Origin: a virus
DNA length: 64,000 nucleotides
Reading direction: 5' to 3' (one strand)
IMG/VR virus record: IMGVR_UViG_3300017917_004503
Location: 32,001-96,000 of that record
The notes beneath the pieces were generated by a model. It ran no database searches. It had not been told where the DNA came from and saw nothing but the letters and a program-made list of their open reading frames with translations. The position numbers and the translations under genes are program-made. Numbering within the stretch: position 1 is the stretch's first letter; each line of letters starts with the position of its first letter. Positions 38,013-47,287 of the stretch are shown here, piece after piece.

Positions 38013-39977
38013 ATGTCACAACTACAATCGTTAAAAGAAGATCTCGTTTTGAATGTTTTCATTCTTGAAAAACAAAATTCAATTCTAGAGTCTAAGAAAT
38101 CTGAATCTGATGACTATGTCCTAGAGGGTATAGCTGCTGTGTTCGGTCAAGAGAACAACAACAATAGGATTTACGAAGAGAAAGAATATCTTCCACACCT
38201 TGAGTACTTAAAAGAAAAAATCTCTCAAAACAGATTGGTTGGAGAATTAGATCATCCTGAAAAGTTCGATGTATCTCTTAAGAATATCTCTCACATTATC
38301 ACAGACCTTAATCATGATAAGGATGGTAGAGTCCTTAAAATCAAAGTAAAACTTCTTGATACCCCAGCTGGTAATATAGCAAAAAATTTAGTTGAAGCAG
38401 GAGTTCCACTTTCAATTTCGTCGAGAGCAGCAGGATCAGTAGGCCCTGATAAAAAGGTTCAGATTAAAAAAATCTTTACTTATGATCTAGTAGCCGATCC
38501 TGGATTCAAAGATGCACAACTTGAAAGAGTATATGAAAGCCAAGGATTTACCCCACAAATAGAAGAAATGAAAAAAAATAGCATTTTAAATCATTTAGAA
38601 TGTGTGAATGAGTCTTTAGGTCTAGAAAATGAATCATCGTTAAAGATATATAAAGTCGAAAACGATCAGGAGTTTGAAAAAATCGTAAATAAATCAGACA
38701 ATAAAAATAAATCAGTCCTTATGGAGAATAATGAGTTTGTTACTGAACAGGAGCTTAATAAGTATTCTATTTTCATTAAAAAAGAAATGGATGCTTTAAG
38801 ATCCGCTATCGCAGAGGTTAAAGATCAGAAAGTAACCTTAACAGAATCCGAAGAAGCTAACAAAATGAATAAAGCTCTCGAGGAAAGAGTTGCTAAATTA
38901 GAAAAATATTCAGAGTATTTAGCAGAGAACCTTGAAAGTGCAATTAAGTATGGCGAATATCTAGCTGAAAATTTAGATAATTCTATCAACTATAGTAAAT
39001 ATCTAGCTGAAAATTTAGATAAGAACATTTCTTACTCTAAGTATTTAGCTGAAAATGTTGATAAGTCTATTTCTTATTCAGAATACGTAGCAGAAAGCGT
39101 AGATAGAAACATTGAATATTCTAAATACTTGGCTGAAAAGTTAGATCAGAATATCCAATACTCTGAGTACCTTGCAGAAAACGTTGATCACTCTATTAAC
39201 TATTCTGAATATCTAGCAGAAAACTTAGATAAGGGTATTGCTTATACTGAGTATGTGGCTGAAAAATTAAATGACGGTATTGAATATACAGAATATCTTG
39301 CAGAAAATCTTAATAAAGGAATTCAATATTCTGATTATTTAGCAGAGAATATTAACAAAAGCGTAGACTTTACTGAAAATCTTTCAGAAAAGCTTAATAA
39401 ATCAATATCATATGCTGAGTATATTGCTGAGTCAATTTCTACTAAATTGCCAGCTGACCCTAGCGTAATTTTAAAAGAAAGTGTAAATACATCTGCTGCT
39501 GCAGGCCTAAATGAATCCGGATTTGCTGGTAATTATGAAGGTCTAACATCTCAGATAGATTCACTAATCGAATCGGTTAAAACACAAAAAACCGAGACTA
39601 ATATAAACGAAGCTGCTAAAATGGCAGCACCAGCCGAAACCCAGAAGGCAGAAGAGGTTCTCAATGAAACAGAGAACACCAACAAAACAGGAATTAAATT
39701 TATTGATGATATGCCTGAAGAATACGTTCAGGTTTGGGAATCACTTAATGAAGGACACAAGCAATCAATTATTGCTCAATCTAACTTCTATAAATTGAAC
39801 ACTCCTTACCAGATTAAAAATTTCTGGCAAACACGTCAGTTAGGATCTAAACCTGTTGGTGTACAAAAACTCAACGAGAATGAAAACGTTGCTGAAACCG
39901 CAAAAAATCAAGCTTATAGTACAGATTACATGAATTATATAGCTAGTGCGTTAGAGCAAAAGTTTGGAAAAAGATAA
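38013..39977 (+). CDS. Prohead protease (gp21) fused to scaffold (gp22-like)
   Basis: NNNNRIY, GELDHP, ISH, LLDTPAG, ISSRAAG, TYDLVADPGF, followed by coiled-coil repeats; GATATATA at 37980; directly upstream of MCP. Confidence 0.9.
   Translation: MSQLQSLKEDLVLNVFILEKQNSILESKKSESDDYVLEGIAAVFGQENNNNRIYEEKEYLPHLEYLKEKISQNRLVGELDHPEKFDVSLKNISHIITDLNHDKDGRVLKIKVKLLDTPAGNIAKNLVEAGVPLSISSRAAGSVGPDKKVQIKKIFTYDLVADPGFKDAQLERVYESQGFTPQIEEMKKNSILNHLECVNESLGLENESSLKIYKVENDQEFEKIVNKSDNKNKSVLMENNEFVTEQELNKYSIFIKKEMDALRSAIAEVKDQKVTLTESEEANKMNKALEERVAKLEKYSEYLAENLESAIKYGEYLAENLDNSINYSKYLAENLDKNISYSKYLAENVDKSISYSEYVAESVDRNIEYSKYLAEKLDQNIQYSEYLAENVDHSINYSEYLAENLDKGIAYTEYVAEKLNDGIEYTEYLAENLNKGIQYSDYLAENINKSVDFTENLSEKLNKSISYAEYIAESISTKLPADPSVILKESVNTSAAAGLNESGFAGNYEGLTSQIDSLIESVKTQKTETNINEAAKMAAPAETQKAEEVLNETENTNKTGIKFIDDMPEEYVQVWESLNEGHKQSIIAQSNFYKLNTPYQIKNFWQTRQLGSKPVGVQKLNENENVAETAKNQAYSTDYMNYIASALEQKFGKR
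38907..39452 (+). repeat. 13 x 42-bp (14-aa) tandem repeat YSEYLAENLDKSIx in scaffold
   Basis: Counted directly in the translation. Confidence 0.9.
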
Positions 39978-40000
39978 AACAAAAAAAATAACCACAAATC

Positions 40001-41719
40001 ATGAAATTGATTAACGAAAATGAAATCTATGAAACCTGGTCTCCGATTATCGAGAGCAAAGCAGGTATCACAGACGAAAGCAAAAAAGGGTGGTTGACTA
40101 AATACTGTCACTACCACTCATTAAACGAATCTGCCGGTGCATACAACTCTTTAGGTGTTGTTAACGGTATGGGTACTGTAGCTCCTCCAGCTTTCCCTGG
40201 TGCTGCTTATCCTGGTGGTTCGTATTCAACTGGCGCAAACGCTGGTTTCTATAACAACACTTGGCAAGGTTCAGGTGACAAATTCCCTTCACTTCTTCCT
40301 TTAGCTATTCAGGTAGCTGCGAAGACTATAGGTTTTGATATTGTCCCTGTTATTCCTTTATCAGGTCCAACCGGTATCTTATCTTATTTAGATTATGTGT
40401 ATGCTGGTGGTAAAATCAGTGCTGCTGCTGCATCTTCTGCTGCTGATCAGTTAGCTACTGCTCCTTCAATGATTAAATTCCCAGTTTATCAAACTGCTTC
40501 AGGCGCTGCTGGTACTACCGGTGCTACTGCTGGAACTTTCACTGTTGGTGCTACTGCATCTATTAGCTCAACTCTTCTTTTAACCTTCGTAGGTTTATCA
40601 AGAATTGACGGATTCCCTATCTTCGAAATTACTGGTCTTGCTTCAGGATCTAACGTTGCTTCTTATTTCAACGGAACTCCTGCTCAAATCGTAACTGGTT
40701 CTGGCGGATCTGGATTCTACACAGCTAACACTTCTGGTACAGCTCAGTTAGTAAAAGCTTTAGAAGATCACATCCAAGGTTTCTCTGGTGCTGGTTTCAA
40801 CGATACAAACGATTGGCAAGGTCCTTATGTTGATGGTACTAAGACTTACAATCCAATGTTAAGAGGAGTAGCTGAATCTACCTACTACAACTCAATGGGT
40901 CTTTCGACTTTCACTAAGTTCGTAGAAGCTGAAACTTTCCAAGTTGCTGCTTCAGTTACAACTGAGCAAATCCAAGACTTAAACAAGCAGTTCGGTATCG
41001 ATGTTATCTCAATGATCGAGAACGCACTTGTTAACGAGGTTTCTCAAGCTATCAATAAGCACATTCTTTCAAGAGCTTTTGCTTTAGGATGGTCTAACCA
41101 CACTCAATTCTTCGCAGTTGAAAATCAAAACCTTAACCTTAACTTAGTTATTGGTGGTGGTTCTGGAACTACTGCTGCTTACGTGAAGAAGGACGACACA
41201 ACTGGAACAATGCCTATCCCTACAGGTCCTGCATCAGGAGGATATGAGAACTTATCAACTTTACAAAGAAGATTATTCTCAAGAATTCTTGCAGCTGCTA
41301 ACGTGGTAGCTAACAGAGGTAGAAGAGGTCCTGCTAACTTCATCGTTACAAACGCTGCGGTTGCAAGTGCACTTCAAGACATCTCTCAGTTCACTTTCGC
41401 TCCATTCTCTAATACTTTAACTCAAAACAACGGTACTTTATACCCTGTAGGTTCACTTGCTGGTATGACAGTTTACGTAGATCAGAATATGAGATACGAT
41501 GATACCAGAGTTTGCGTTGGTAGAAAAGGTGGAGATGATGAGCCAGGATTAAAATTCATGCCTTACATGATGGCTGAATCAATCCAGACCATCTCAGAAG
41601 GTACTATGTCACCTAAGATCGCAGTTAAGTCTAGATACGCTCTAGTAGAAGCTGGTTTCTTACCAGAAACTATGTACTTAACATTCTATGTGAACGTGCC
41701 AGTTGGCGGATTAGCTTAA
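40001..41719 (+). CDS. Major capsid protein (gp23)
   Basis: WSPIIE, VIPLSGPTG, EQIQDL...GID, RGRRGPANFIV, GSLAGMTVYVD, FMPY, PKIAVKSRYAL; strong codon bias. Confidence 0.95.
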   Translation: MKLINENEIYETWSPIIESKAGITDESKKGWLTKYCHYHSLNESAGAYNSLGVVNGMGTVAPPAFPGAAYPGGSYSTGANAGFYNNTWQGSGDKFPSLLPLAIQVAAKTIGFDIVPVIPLSGPTGILSYLDYVYAGGKISAAAASSAADQLATAPSMIKFPVYQTASGAAGTTGATAGTFTVGATASISSTLLLTFVGLSRIDGFPIFEITGLASGSNVASYFNGTPAQIVTGSGGSGFYTANTSGTAQLVKALEDHIQGFSGAGFNDTNDWQGPYVDGTKTYNPMLRGVAESTYYNSMGLSTFTKFVEAETFQVAASVTTEQIQDLNKQFGIDVISMIENALVNEVSQAINKHILSRAFALGWSNHTQFFAVENQNLNLNLVIGGGSGTTAAYVKKDDTTGTMPIPTGPASGGYENLSTLQRRLFSRILAAANVVANRGRRGPANFIVTNAAVASALQDISQFTFAPFSNTLTQNNGTLYPVGSLAGMTVYVDQNMRYDDTRVCVGRKGGDDEPGLKFMPYMMAESIQTISEGTMSPKIAVKSRYALVEAGFLPETMYLTFYVNVPVGGLA

Positions 41720-41738
41720 TCGCTTTTCTTCATAATAT

Positions 41739-41770
41739 AAAACCCCAGGCCTTAAAACCTGGGGTTTTTT
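41739..41770 (+). terminator. Intrinsic terminator after MCP
   Basis: AAAACCCCAGG-CCTTAAAA-CCTGGGGTTTTTT. Confidence 0.88.
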
Positions 41771-41844
41771 GTTTCTTGTCACCTAGGCTCTTTGGGAACT
41801 AATAATAATTGGGATATATAGATAACAAAAATGAATTGTTTCCG

Positions 41845-42990
41845 ATGAAAAATTTACCATCATTTAAAGACTTTAGTAATTACTCCTCCCTTCTTGAAAC
41901 TGCATCAGCAGAGGAAATTAGACTACTTAATGAGTTAGAAACCTCTGATCCTAATCATACACTCAATGAAGGAAAAATTTTAGATACCGTAAAGAATGAA
42001 TTGTCTAAATTTTTTCTTGGTAAATATTCTAAACTAAGCGTAATAGATAAAGCTAGAAAAGTTTTAGTCGATCTGGAAATTGATCTTATTGAGAAAAAAT
42101 ATGAATTTGAAGAATCTATTTCTAATATAGATTCTCAAATAGATTCGATTGGTAGCTCTGGTGATAAACAGAGATTGATTGCACTCAGAAAAGATAGAGA
42201 TAATAAGATTAAGGAATTTGAAAAATATGAGGAGTCTTCTAAACTAAAGATGAAAAAAGCCATCGAAGTAATTAGAGAAATGATCGAAGGTGATTCAAGA
42301 AAAAGAAAGTATTATGAAGCCGGAAGATCCGAAGATGAAATTGGATTAGCTGAATTGAAGTACAAATTCGCAAAAGAAAAATCTGATGATAAGGAAATCA
42401 AAAAATACGAAGAAGCAATTAGAAAGGCTAAAGAAGAAGCTGAAGCTAAAGCAGATGTCCTGAAATCTGAGATCGAAACTAAAGAAAAAGATAGCGAGCC
42501 TGAAGCATCTAATCAGGTTCAAGTTGTTAAAATTGATCCTGAAAAAGAAAAGAAAAAAATATCTAGCAGAAGAGGTAAGGACATCATTGAAAGAAAAAGA
42601 CAACTTGAAAATTCCATAGTAGATTTAAAAGCTGATATGGAAAGAATTCTGACCCAAATGGAGAAACATATAAAGTCAGGTAAGAAAATTTCTAGATCGT
42701 ATATCAACAACAAGAAGATTCAACTTCTTTCTATGGCATCTTCAATCGATTCTCAGACCAATTTACTTAAAATCCTTAGAGACTTAGGAAAAAGTGAAAA
42801 TGAGATAACGAAGAAACTTTCTAAAGAACAGGAATTTACCAAATTGGCTAATCTTATAAATCAAGGCATTGCCGAGGGCGAAGATGCCAAATCTGGTTTA
42901 AAGAAAGTCGTTTCTTCCATCTTTGTTGGTCCAGAGGGAACGATAAACACTGAAAAGGTTAAACAAGCTAAAGAAAAATTGAATAAATAA
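41845..42990 (+). CDS. Coiled-coil putative internal virion protein
   Basis: GATATATA at 41813 favours ATG 41845; leader MKNLPSFKDF...LLE. Confidence 0.55.
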   Translation: MKNLPSFKDFSNYSSLLETASAEEIRLLNELETSDPNHTLNEGKILDTVKNELSKFFLGKYSKLSVIDKARKVLVDLEIDLIEKKYEFEESISNIDSQIDSIGSSGDKQRLIALRKDRDNKIKEFEKYEESSKLKMKKAIEVIREMIEGDSRKRKYYEAGRSEDEIGLAELKYKFAKEKSDDKEIKKYEEAIRKAKEEAEAKADVLKSEIETKEKDSEPEASNQVQVVKIDPEKEKKKISSRRGKDIIERKRQLENSIVDLKADMERILTQMEKHIKSGKKISRSYINNKKIQLLSMASSIDSQTNLLKILRDLGKSENEITKKLSKEQEFTKLANLINQGIAEGEDAKSGLKKVVSSIFVGPEGTINTEKVKQAKEKLNK

Positions 42991-42991
42991 T

Positions 42992-43909
42992 ATGACTCTG
43001 AATTTTACAGAATGGGAAAGGCTTAATGAAGCTAGTGTTTTAGATAAACTCAAAAATTTCTTGAGTGGAGCTTTTGGTGGTTCGATTTCTAAATTGGATA
43101 ACCTTGGCGAGGAATATAGATCTGCAGAAATGGATTATGTTGATGAGTGGGAGAAAATCCAAGAGGAAATTGATAAACTAGAATTACAAAGATCCCAAAC
43201 CAAAGCTGATCCTGCAGAACTCAAAAAGATCGATAGATTAATCGTTAGAAACAATCAACTTCTTAGTTCTCAGTCAAAGGCACACGAAAAGAAGACTGAT
43301 GAAATCTTTTTAAAAGTTAAAAAGATAATCACTGAAAACAAAAGACTTAGAACTTATTGGGAAAGAATAAAGACTAAAATAGATTCTGAGGTTAGCCAAG
43401 ACATGTATGAGAAAGCCAAAAAGCTATCTGATTCTTCTTTAGCTGATTCATTGTATACCAAATATAAAGATGCTGTACTAAAGGCTAAACAAAAGGATGA
43501 AGAATTTAGAGAGAAGTATGGCAATTTGATGACTCGAGAAATTCAGGCTGGTCCAAAGTCATCAAAGTTTAAAGATGATGAAATTGATTCCGAAATTGAT
43601 GGCGAGTCTTCAGAAACTTCCTTTTCATATCTTTCCAAATTACCTGTTTCAGATTTTTCTAAAGCTGTTAAAAATCTTGAGCAAAAGGATGCTAAAAGCT
43701 TATTGTCTTATTTAATTAAGCAAAGGAATGAAAGATATGTCGCAATGGATTTAGAAAGAGATGCACTTAACAAATTTGTTTCTAGTGCTTCTAATAAGGA
43801 TAAGGCTAGAGATTTAGCTTCAGATAAAATTAAGGACATCAGATCTAGATATATGTCAGAAATTCGTGATTTAAGATCTAAAATAACTTTAACTAGAAAA
43901 TATGCTTAA
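42992..43909 (+). CDS. Coiled-coil putative internal virion protein, paralog of previous
   Basis: Leader MTLNFTEW..LNE; LNE..[IV]LD..KN.LS..F.G..SKL shared with 41845..42990. Confidence 0.55.
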   Translation: MTLNFTEWERLNEASVLDKLKNFLSGAFGGSISKLDNLGEEYRSAEMDYVDEWEKIQEEIDKLELQRSQTKADPAELKKIDRLIVRNNQLLSSQSKAHEKKTDEIFLKVKKIITENKRLRTYWERIKTKIDSEVSQDMYEKAKKLSDSSLADSLYTKYKDAVLKAKQKDEEFREKYGNLMTREIQAGPKSSKFKDDEIDSEIDGESSETSFSYLSKLPVSDFSKAVKNLEQKDAKSLLSYLIKQRNERYVAMDLERDALNKFVSSASNKDKARDLASDKIKDIRSRYMSEIRDLRSKITLTRKYA

Positions 43910-44153
43910 TTTCGAAGAATTTAGGTTAAGTGAGGCAGAAACCAAATTAACCACTATACAGAAAATCAAGACTCAGATTTCAGAGAAGTTTGATGCGATC
44001 AACAACGCTAAAAAAACTAAAAAACCGGGAGATATGAATTCCGAGGTTAATAGTATAATTGCTCAATCTACTTTATACTCAGAGATTTCTGCAATGATGA
44101 AAACTTTGGCGGCGGAGATTAAAGCCAGTGGTAAAAGTGAAAATATATATTAA
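43902..44153 (+). CDS. Small putative internal virion protein
   Basis: Leader MLNFEEFRLSE. Confidence 0.5.
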   Translation: MLNFEEFRLSEAETKLTTIQKIKTQISEKFDAINNAKKTKKPGDMNSEVNSIIAQSTLYSEISAMMKTLAAEIKASGKSENIY

Positions 44154-44155
44154 GT

Positions 44156-46636
44156 ATGAATAAGAACCCTTATATCAATAATCCTGTAGCTAATAGTTTT
44201 CTACAGGAATATTATGACAAGATTTTCGAAAACGAGAATGTCGATGAACTTTTGGTTAAAATTGCAGATAATTCTTTAAACGCTTTTAAAATTATAACTT
44301 TCGATTTAGCTCCTAAGAGAGATAGAAATCCTGATGTTATTAGAGTAAAATTATCTGATGTTGCTAATTCTAAAAATGTAAAGGAACTTACTTCTAAACT
44401 TTTAGATTATGCTGACGATAATGATTTGGTTAATTCTAAATTCTACGAGTCTAAAAAGCTCTATTTGGATGCTCTGAAGAAATTCTGTGAAGCTTTAAAT
44501 AGAACATCAGAAATATCTAAATCTAAAGACGAGGTTTCAATAAAGCAATTTAAGTTAGCTGCAAGCAAACTTATGAACTCTATCGATAACATCGCTAAGC
44601 AAGCAGCAGAGGAAGAGAAAAAAGCTAATGAAAATCTGGATCTTTATTATTTCGAAGATCATTTAAATGAATCTATTTTTACTGGATATAAAGATAGACT
44701 CAAGGATTTAAAGAAGCTTCTCACCAATCTCAAAACTTCTGCAGAAGGAAAGGATCAGAAAAATGGATATGGTAAAGACTGGAAGATGGTTTTTGTCGAA
44801 TTGGATGAAAAAAGAAAAACCCTGGATGTAAATGAGGGCGGTGAAAAAAATCGTAAGCTTTTAGAGGAATTAGAAAAACAGGTTGCTAAATTCCAAGCGG
44901 AATTCAACGATTCTTTAATTAAAGCTGCTAACAGATCTTTACAGAAACTTGAAGCCGATGAGGAAATATACACAACATATTCGGATGTTACTGATCTTGT
45001 TGGTCAGGCCATTGAATTGTTAACTAGAGCAAAGACTCAATATTTAATGGCGGTGAAAGATATCAAAGATGAGAATGAGGTTAAGGAAATAGAGATTTCT
45101 AAAACTCTTTTTCCTTTGAAAAGAGGTGATACAGATTCTGACAAAAAGATGAAAAATAGTGGATTGATATTCGCTATTCAAAAATCTTTTGTCGATGGCA
45201 TACCATCAGCAGGAAAGCTTTTAAAATCTAAAGGTGGACCTAATGGTAAATATGGTCCGGCTACAACGTCTATCGTGGCAACAATCCAGAAGATAACAGG
45301 AAATAAAAACCAGAACGGTGAACTTGATAGAACCCTTTTAGGCGATATAATTTCTTCTGATTGGGTTTCTGGTGAAAACAAAAAGAAAATTCAAACTGCA
45401 TTAGAGATCATAAAATCTAAGACGAATGAAAACTATAATTATTTGTCATATGAGAAAATTTTCGAAGGGAAGATCCAAATTAATCAATCTGAATTTGAAT
45501 CTGAGTTAGCGAAAAAATTCGATGAAGTGAAAAGCATGTCTGTTGATAGAGCAAAGGGTGAAGATGTCAGTCATAAACCTGGATCCGCATCGGGTGTAGG
45601 TAAATTGGCAAAAAAACTTAGGGAACTCTATAGTATTAAAATAGAGGAAGATGCTTTTGTGAAATCCGATGGAACTTTAAAATCCTCTTATTCAACACAA
45701 TTTATAAAAGATTGGAATTCAGCTTTAGAAAAAGTTGAAAACGAAGAACCTAAGAATTTCGCATATTTCTTTGCTGATGGTGGAGTTTATAACATAAATC
45801 TAGCATCAACTTCTCTTAAAAATGCTTGCAACTGGTCTAAGTGGACAGATTTCAGAAAGATAAAGGATTTAAATGACGAGGATGCGATCGACTTCTTAAC
45901 CAACTATCTTAAAGGTTGGACTACTTTCGGTATGGTAAGACCTGGCTACAGATACGATGGTATTAAAACTCTTACTAAACAAAATTCAGATAACGATTCT
46001 TTAGATCTTTCTGGTCCTTATGAGATGATGGAAACATCGATTAAAAACAAAGAGATTCCTTTCATTGATTATGAAACCCTCAAAGGAGACATTGCTAAAG
46101 CTTTTAAAATTGTTTTACAAAAGGAAGAAAAATCTCCAGACTTGGGTAAGGAAGAATTTGTTGCTTTGAATAACTTTTTAATCATGATTGCTAATTGCGT
46201 TAGCTTTAACGGTGAAAAATTCATAAGCTGTGTGAAATGGATTGATGAAAACGTGATCGGAGAATCTACAGCCAAAAGGATAATCAAAGATCAAATAATC
46301 GGAATCGATAGAGACGATTCTGATACGGGACGTTTATTAGGTTACGAGTCTTCTAGAATTATAGTTGGCAAGTTTTCTGAAATAGCTAAAAAGCAAACCT
46401 CAACCAAAAGGAAGAAACAAATGTCTCAATCACTTACTTCACTTAATACTCTAGCTGGAATGAAAGTTGGTGATAGAGAAGCTATAGGAATAAGGGACGT
46501 TTTAGCCGATACCTGCTATTATATAGCTGCAGACATCTATCCCAGCATAGAAACCCATATAAAACGTATGAATTCTAAGTCTTTTGATCAAATACCCCAA
46601 CAAACACCTAATAAATGTGTTAATGTTTCTAAATAA
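44156..46636 (+). CDS. Large virion-associated protein with peptidoglycan-binding-like domain
   Basis: PLKRGD...IFAIQK...NGKYGPATTSIVATIQ; IFE and LNE processing-like sites. Confidence 0.5.
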   Translation: MNKNPYINNPVANSFLQEYYDKIFENENVDELLVKIADNSLNAFKIITFDLAPKRDRNPDVIRVKLSDVANSKNVKELTSKLLDYADDNDLVNSKFYESKKLYLDALKKFCEALNRTSEISKSKDEVSIKQFKLAASKLMNSIDNIAKQAAEEEKKANENLDLYYFEDHLNESIFTGYKDRLKDLKKLLTNLKTSAEGKDQKNGYGKDWKMVFVELDEKRKTLDVNEGGEKNRKLLEELEKQVAKFQAEFNDSLIKAANRSLQKLEADEEIYTTYSDVTDLVGQAIELLTRAKTQYLMAVKDIKDENEVKEIEISKTLFPLKRGDTDSDKKMKNSGLIFAIQKSFVDGIPSAGKLLKSKGGPNGKYGPATTSIVATIQKITGNKNQNGELDRTLLGDIISSDWVSGENKKKIQTALEIIKSKTNENYNYLSYEKIFEGKIQINQSEFESELAKKFDEVKSMSVDRAKGEDVSHKPGSASGVGKLAKKLRELYSIKIEEDAFVKSDGTLKSSYSTQFIKDWNSALEKVENEEPKNFAYFFADGGVYNINLASTSLKNACNWSKWTDFRKIKDLNDEDAIDFLTNYLKGWTTFGMVRPGYRYDGIKTLTKQNSDNDSLDLSGPYEMMETSIKNKEIPFIDYETLKGDIAKAFKIVLQKEEKSPDLGKEEFVALNNFLIMIANCVSFNGEKFISCVKWIDENVIGESTAKRIIKDQIIGIDRDDSDTGRLLGYESSRIIVGKFSEIAKKQTSTKRKKQMSQSLTSLNTLAGMKVGDREAIGIRDVLADTCYYIAADIYPSIETHIKRMNSKSFDQIPQQTPNKCVNVSK

Positions 46637-46667
46637 GGAATGATTTTAAAATCATTCCTTTTTTTTT
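46635..46667 (+). terminator. Intrinsic terminator
   Basis: Perfect 26-bp palindrome AAGGAATGATTTTAAAATCATTCCTT plus T tract. Confidence 0.8.
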
Positions 46668-46708
46668 ATATTTGACCCTGGAAACAATCTAATTTGATTC
46701 CATATAAA
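46667..46708 (+). promoter_or_regulatory. Tandem early (TATATTTG) and middle (GAAAC-N17-TATAAA) promoters
   Basis: Both motifs lie between the terminator and ATG 46713. Confidence 0.55.
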
Positions 46709-46712
46709 AAAT

Positions 46713-47282
46713 ATGGTTTACGTTTTTGAGGGTCCACGAAATAGTGGTAAAACCTTTTTATCCAATTACATTTCTCAAAAAACCCATATTGAGAGGTTTC
46801 AATTTGCTTTTGTTGACTATTTTAAAAGATTGGGTTTGGAGAGTCAAGACAGTAAAGAGGCCCACGCTTTTTCTATGGGAAAGGAATTAATGCTTATGCA
46901 ACTTTTCAAGGATGTGCAGTTTAAGAAGGATCTAATCCATGATCGGGGAATACTTACTGTTTTATCATGGGGTATTATGGAAAATAGGATAACCGAGCAG
47001 GAAATGGAACGCCAGGTAAAAATGCTAAGTGATCTGGATCTCATGAAAAACATCAAAGTTTTTTTCGTTACAGGAGAAAATCCCAATAAAGAAAATAGAA
47101 ATAAAGACGATTGGGATAGAATCGATGGTGATTCCAGAGAATTGGAATGTTATGAGAAAGTTATAAAAAAATTCGAGGAATATGATATTTGTAAAATCTA
47201 TCGTTTTACCAATAATTACGACGATCAGACGTTAGTCTCTTCCTTTGAATTTTTCGAAAAATTAACTCAAGACTTAATTTAA
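46713..47282 (+). CDS. P-loop (d)NMP kinase-like (thymidylate kinase fold)
   Basis: FEGPRNSGKT Walker A; IHDRG. Confidence 0.7.
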   Translation: MVYVFEGPRNSGKTFLSNYISQKTHIERFQFAFVDYFKRLGLESQDSKEAHAFSMGKELMLMQLFKDVQFKKDLIHDRGILTVLSWGIMENRITEQEMERQVKMLSDLDLMKNIKVFFVTGENPNKENRNKDDWDRIDGDSRELECYEKVIKKFEEYDICKIYRFTNNYDDQTLVSSFEFFEKLTQDLI

Positions 47283-47287
47283 ATAAT

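Noticed and set aside
38907-39452. Tandem repeats as a possible CRISPR array
   Set aside because: In-frame coding repeats with synonymous variation and no unique spacers; same applies to 59626-60108
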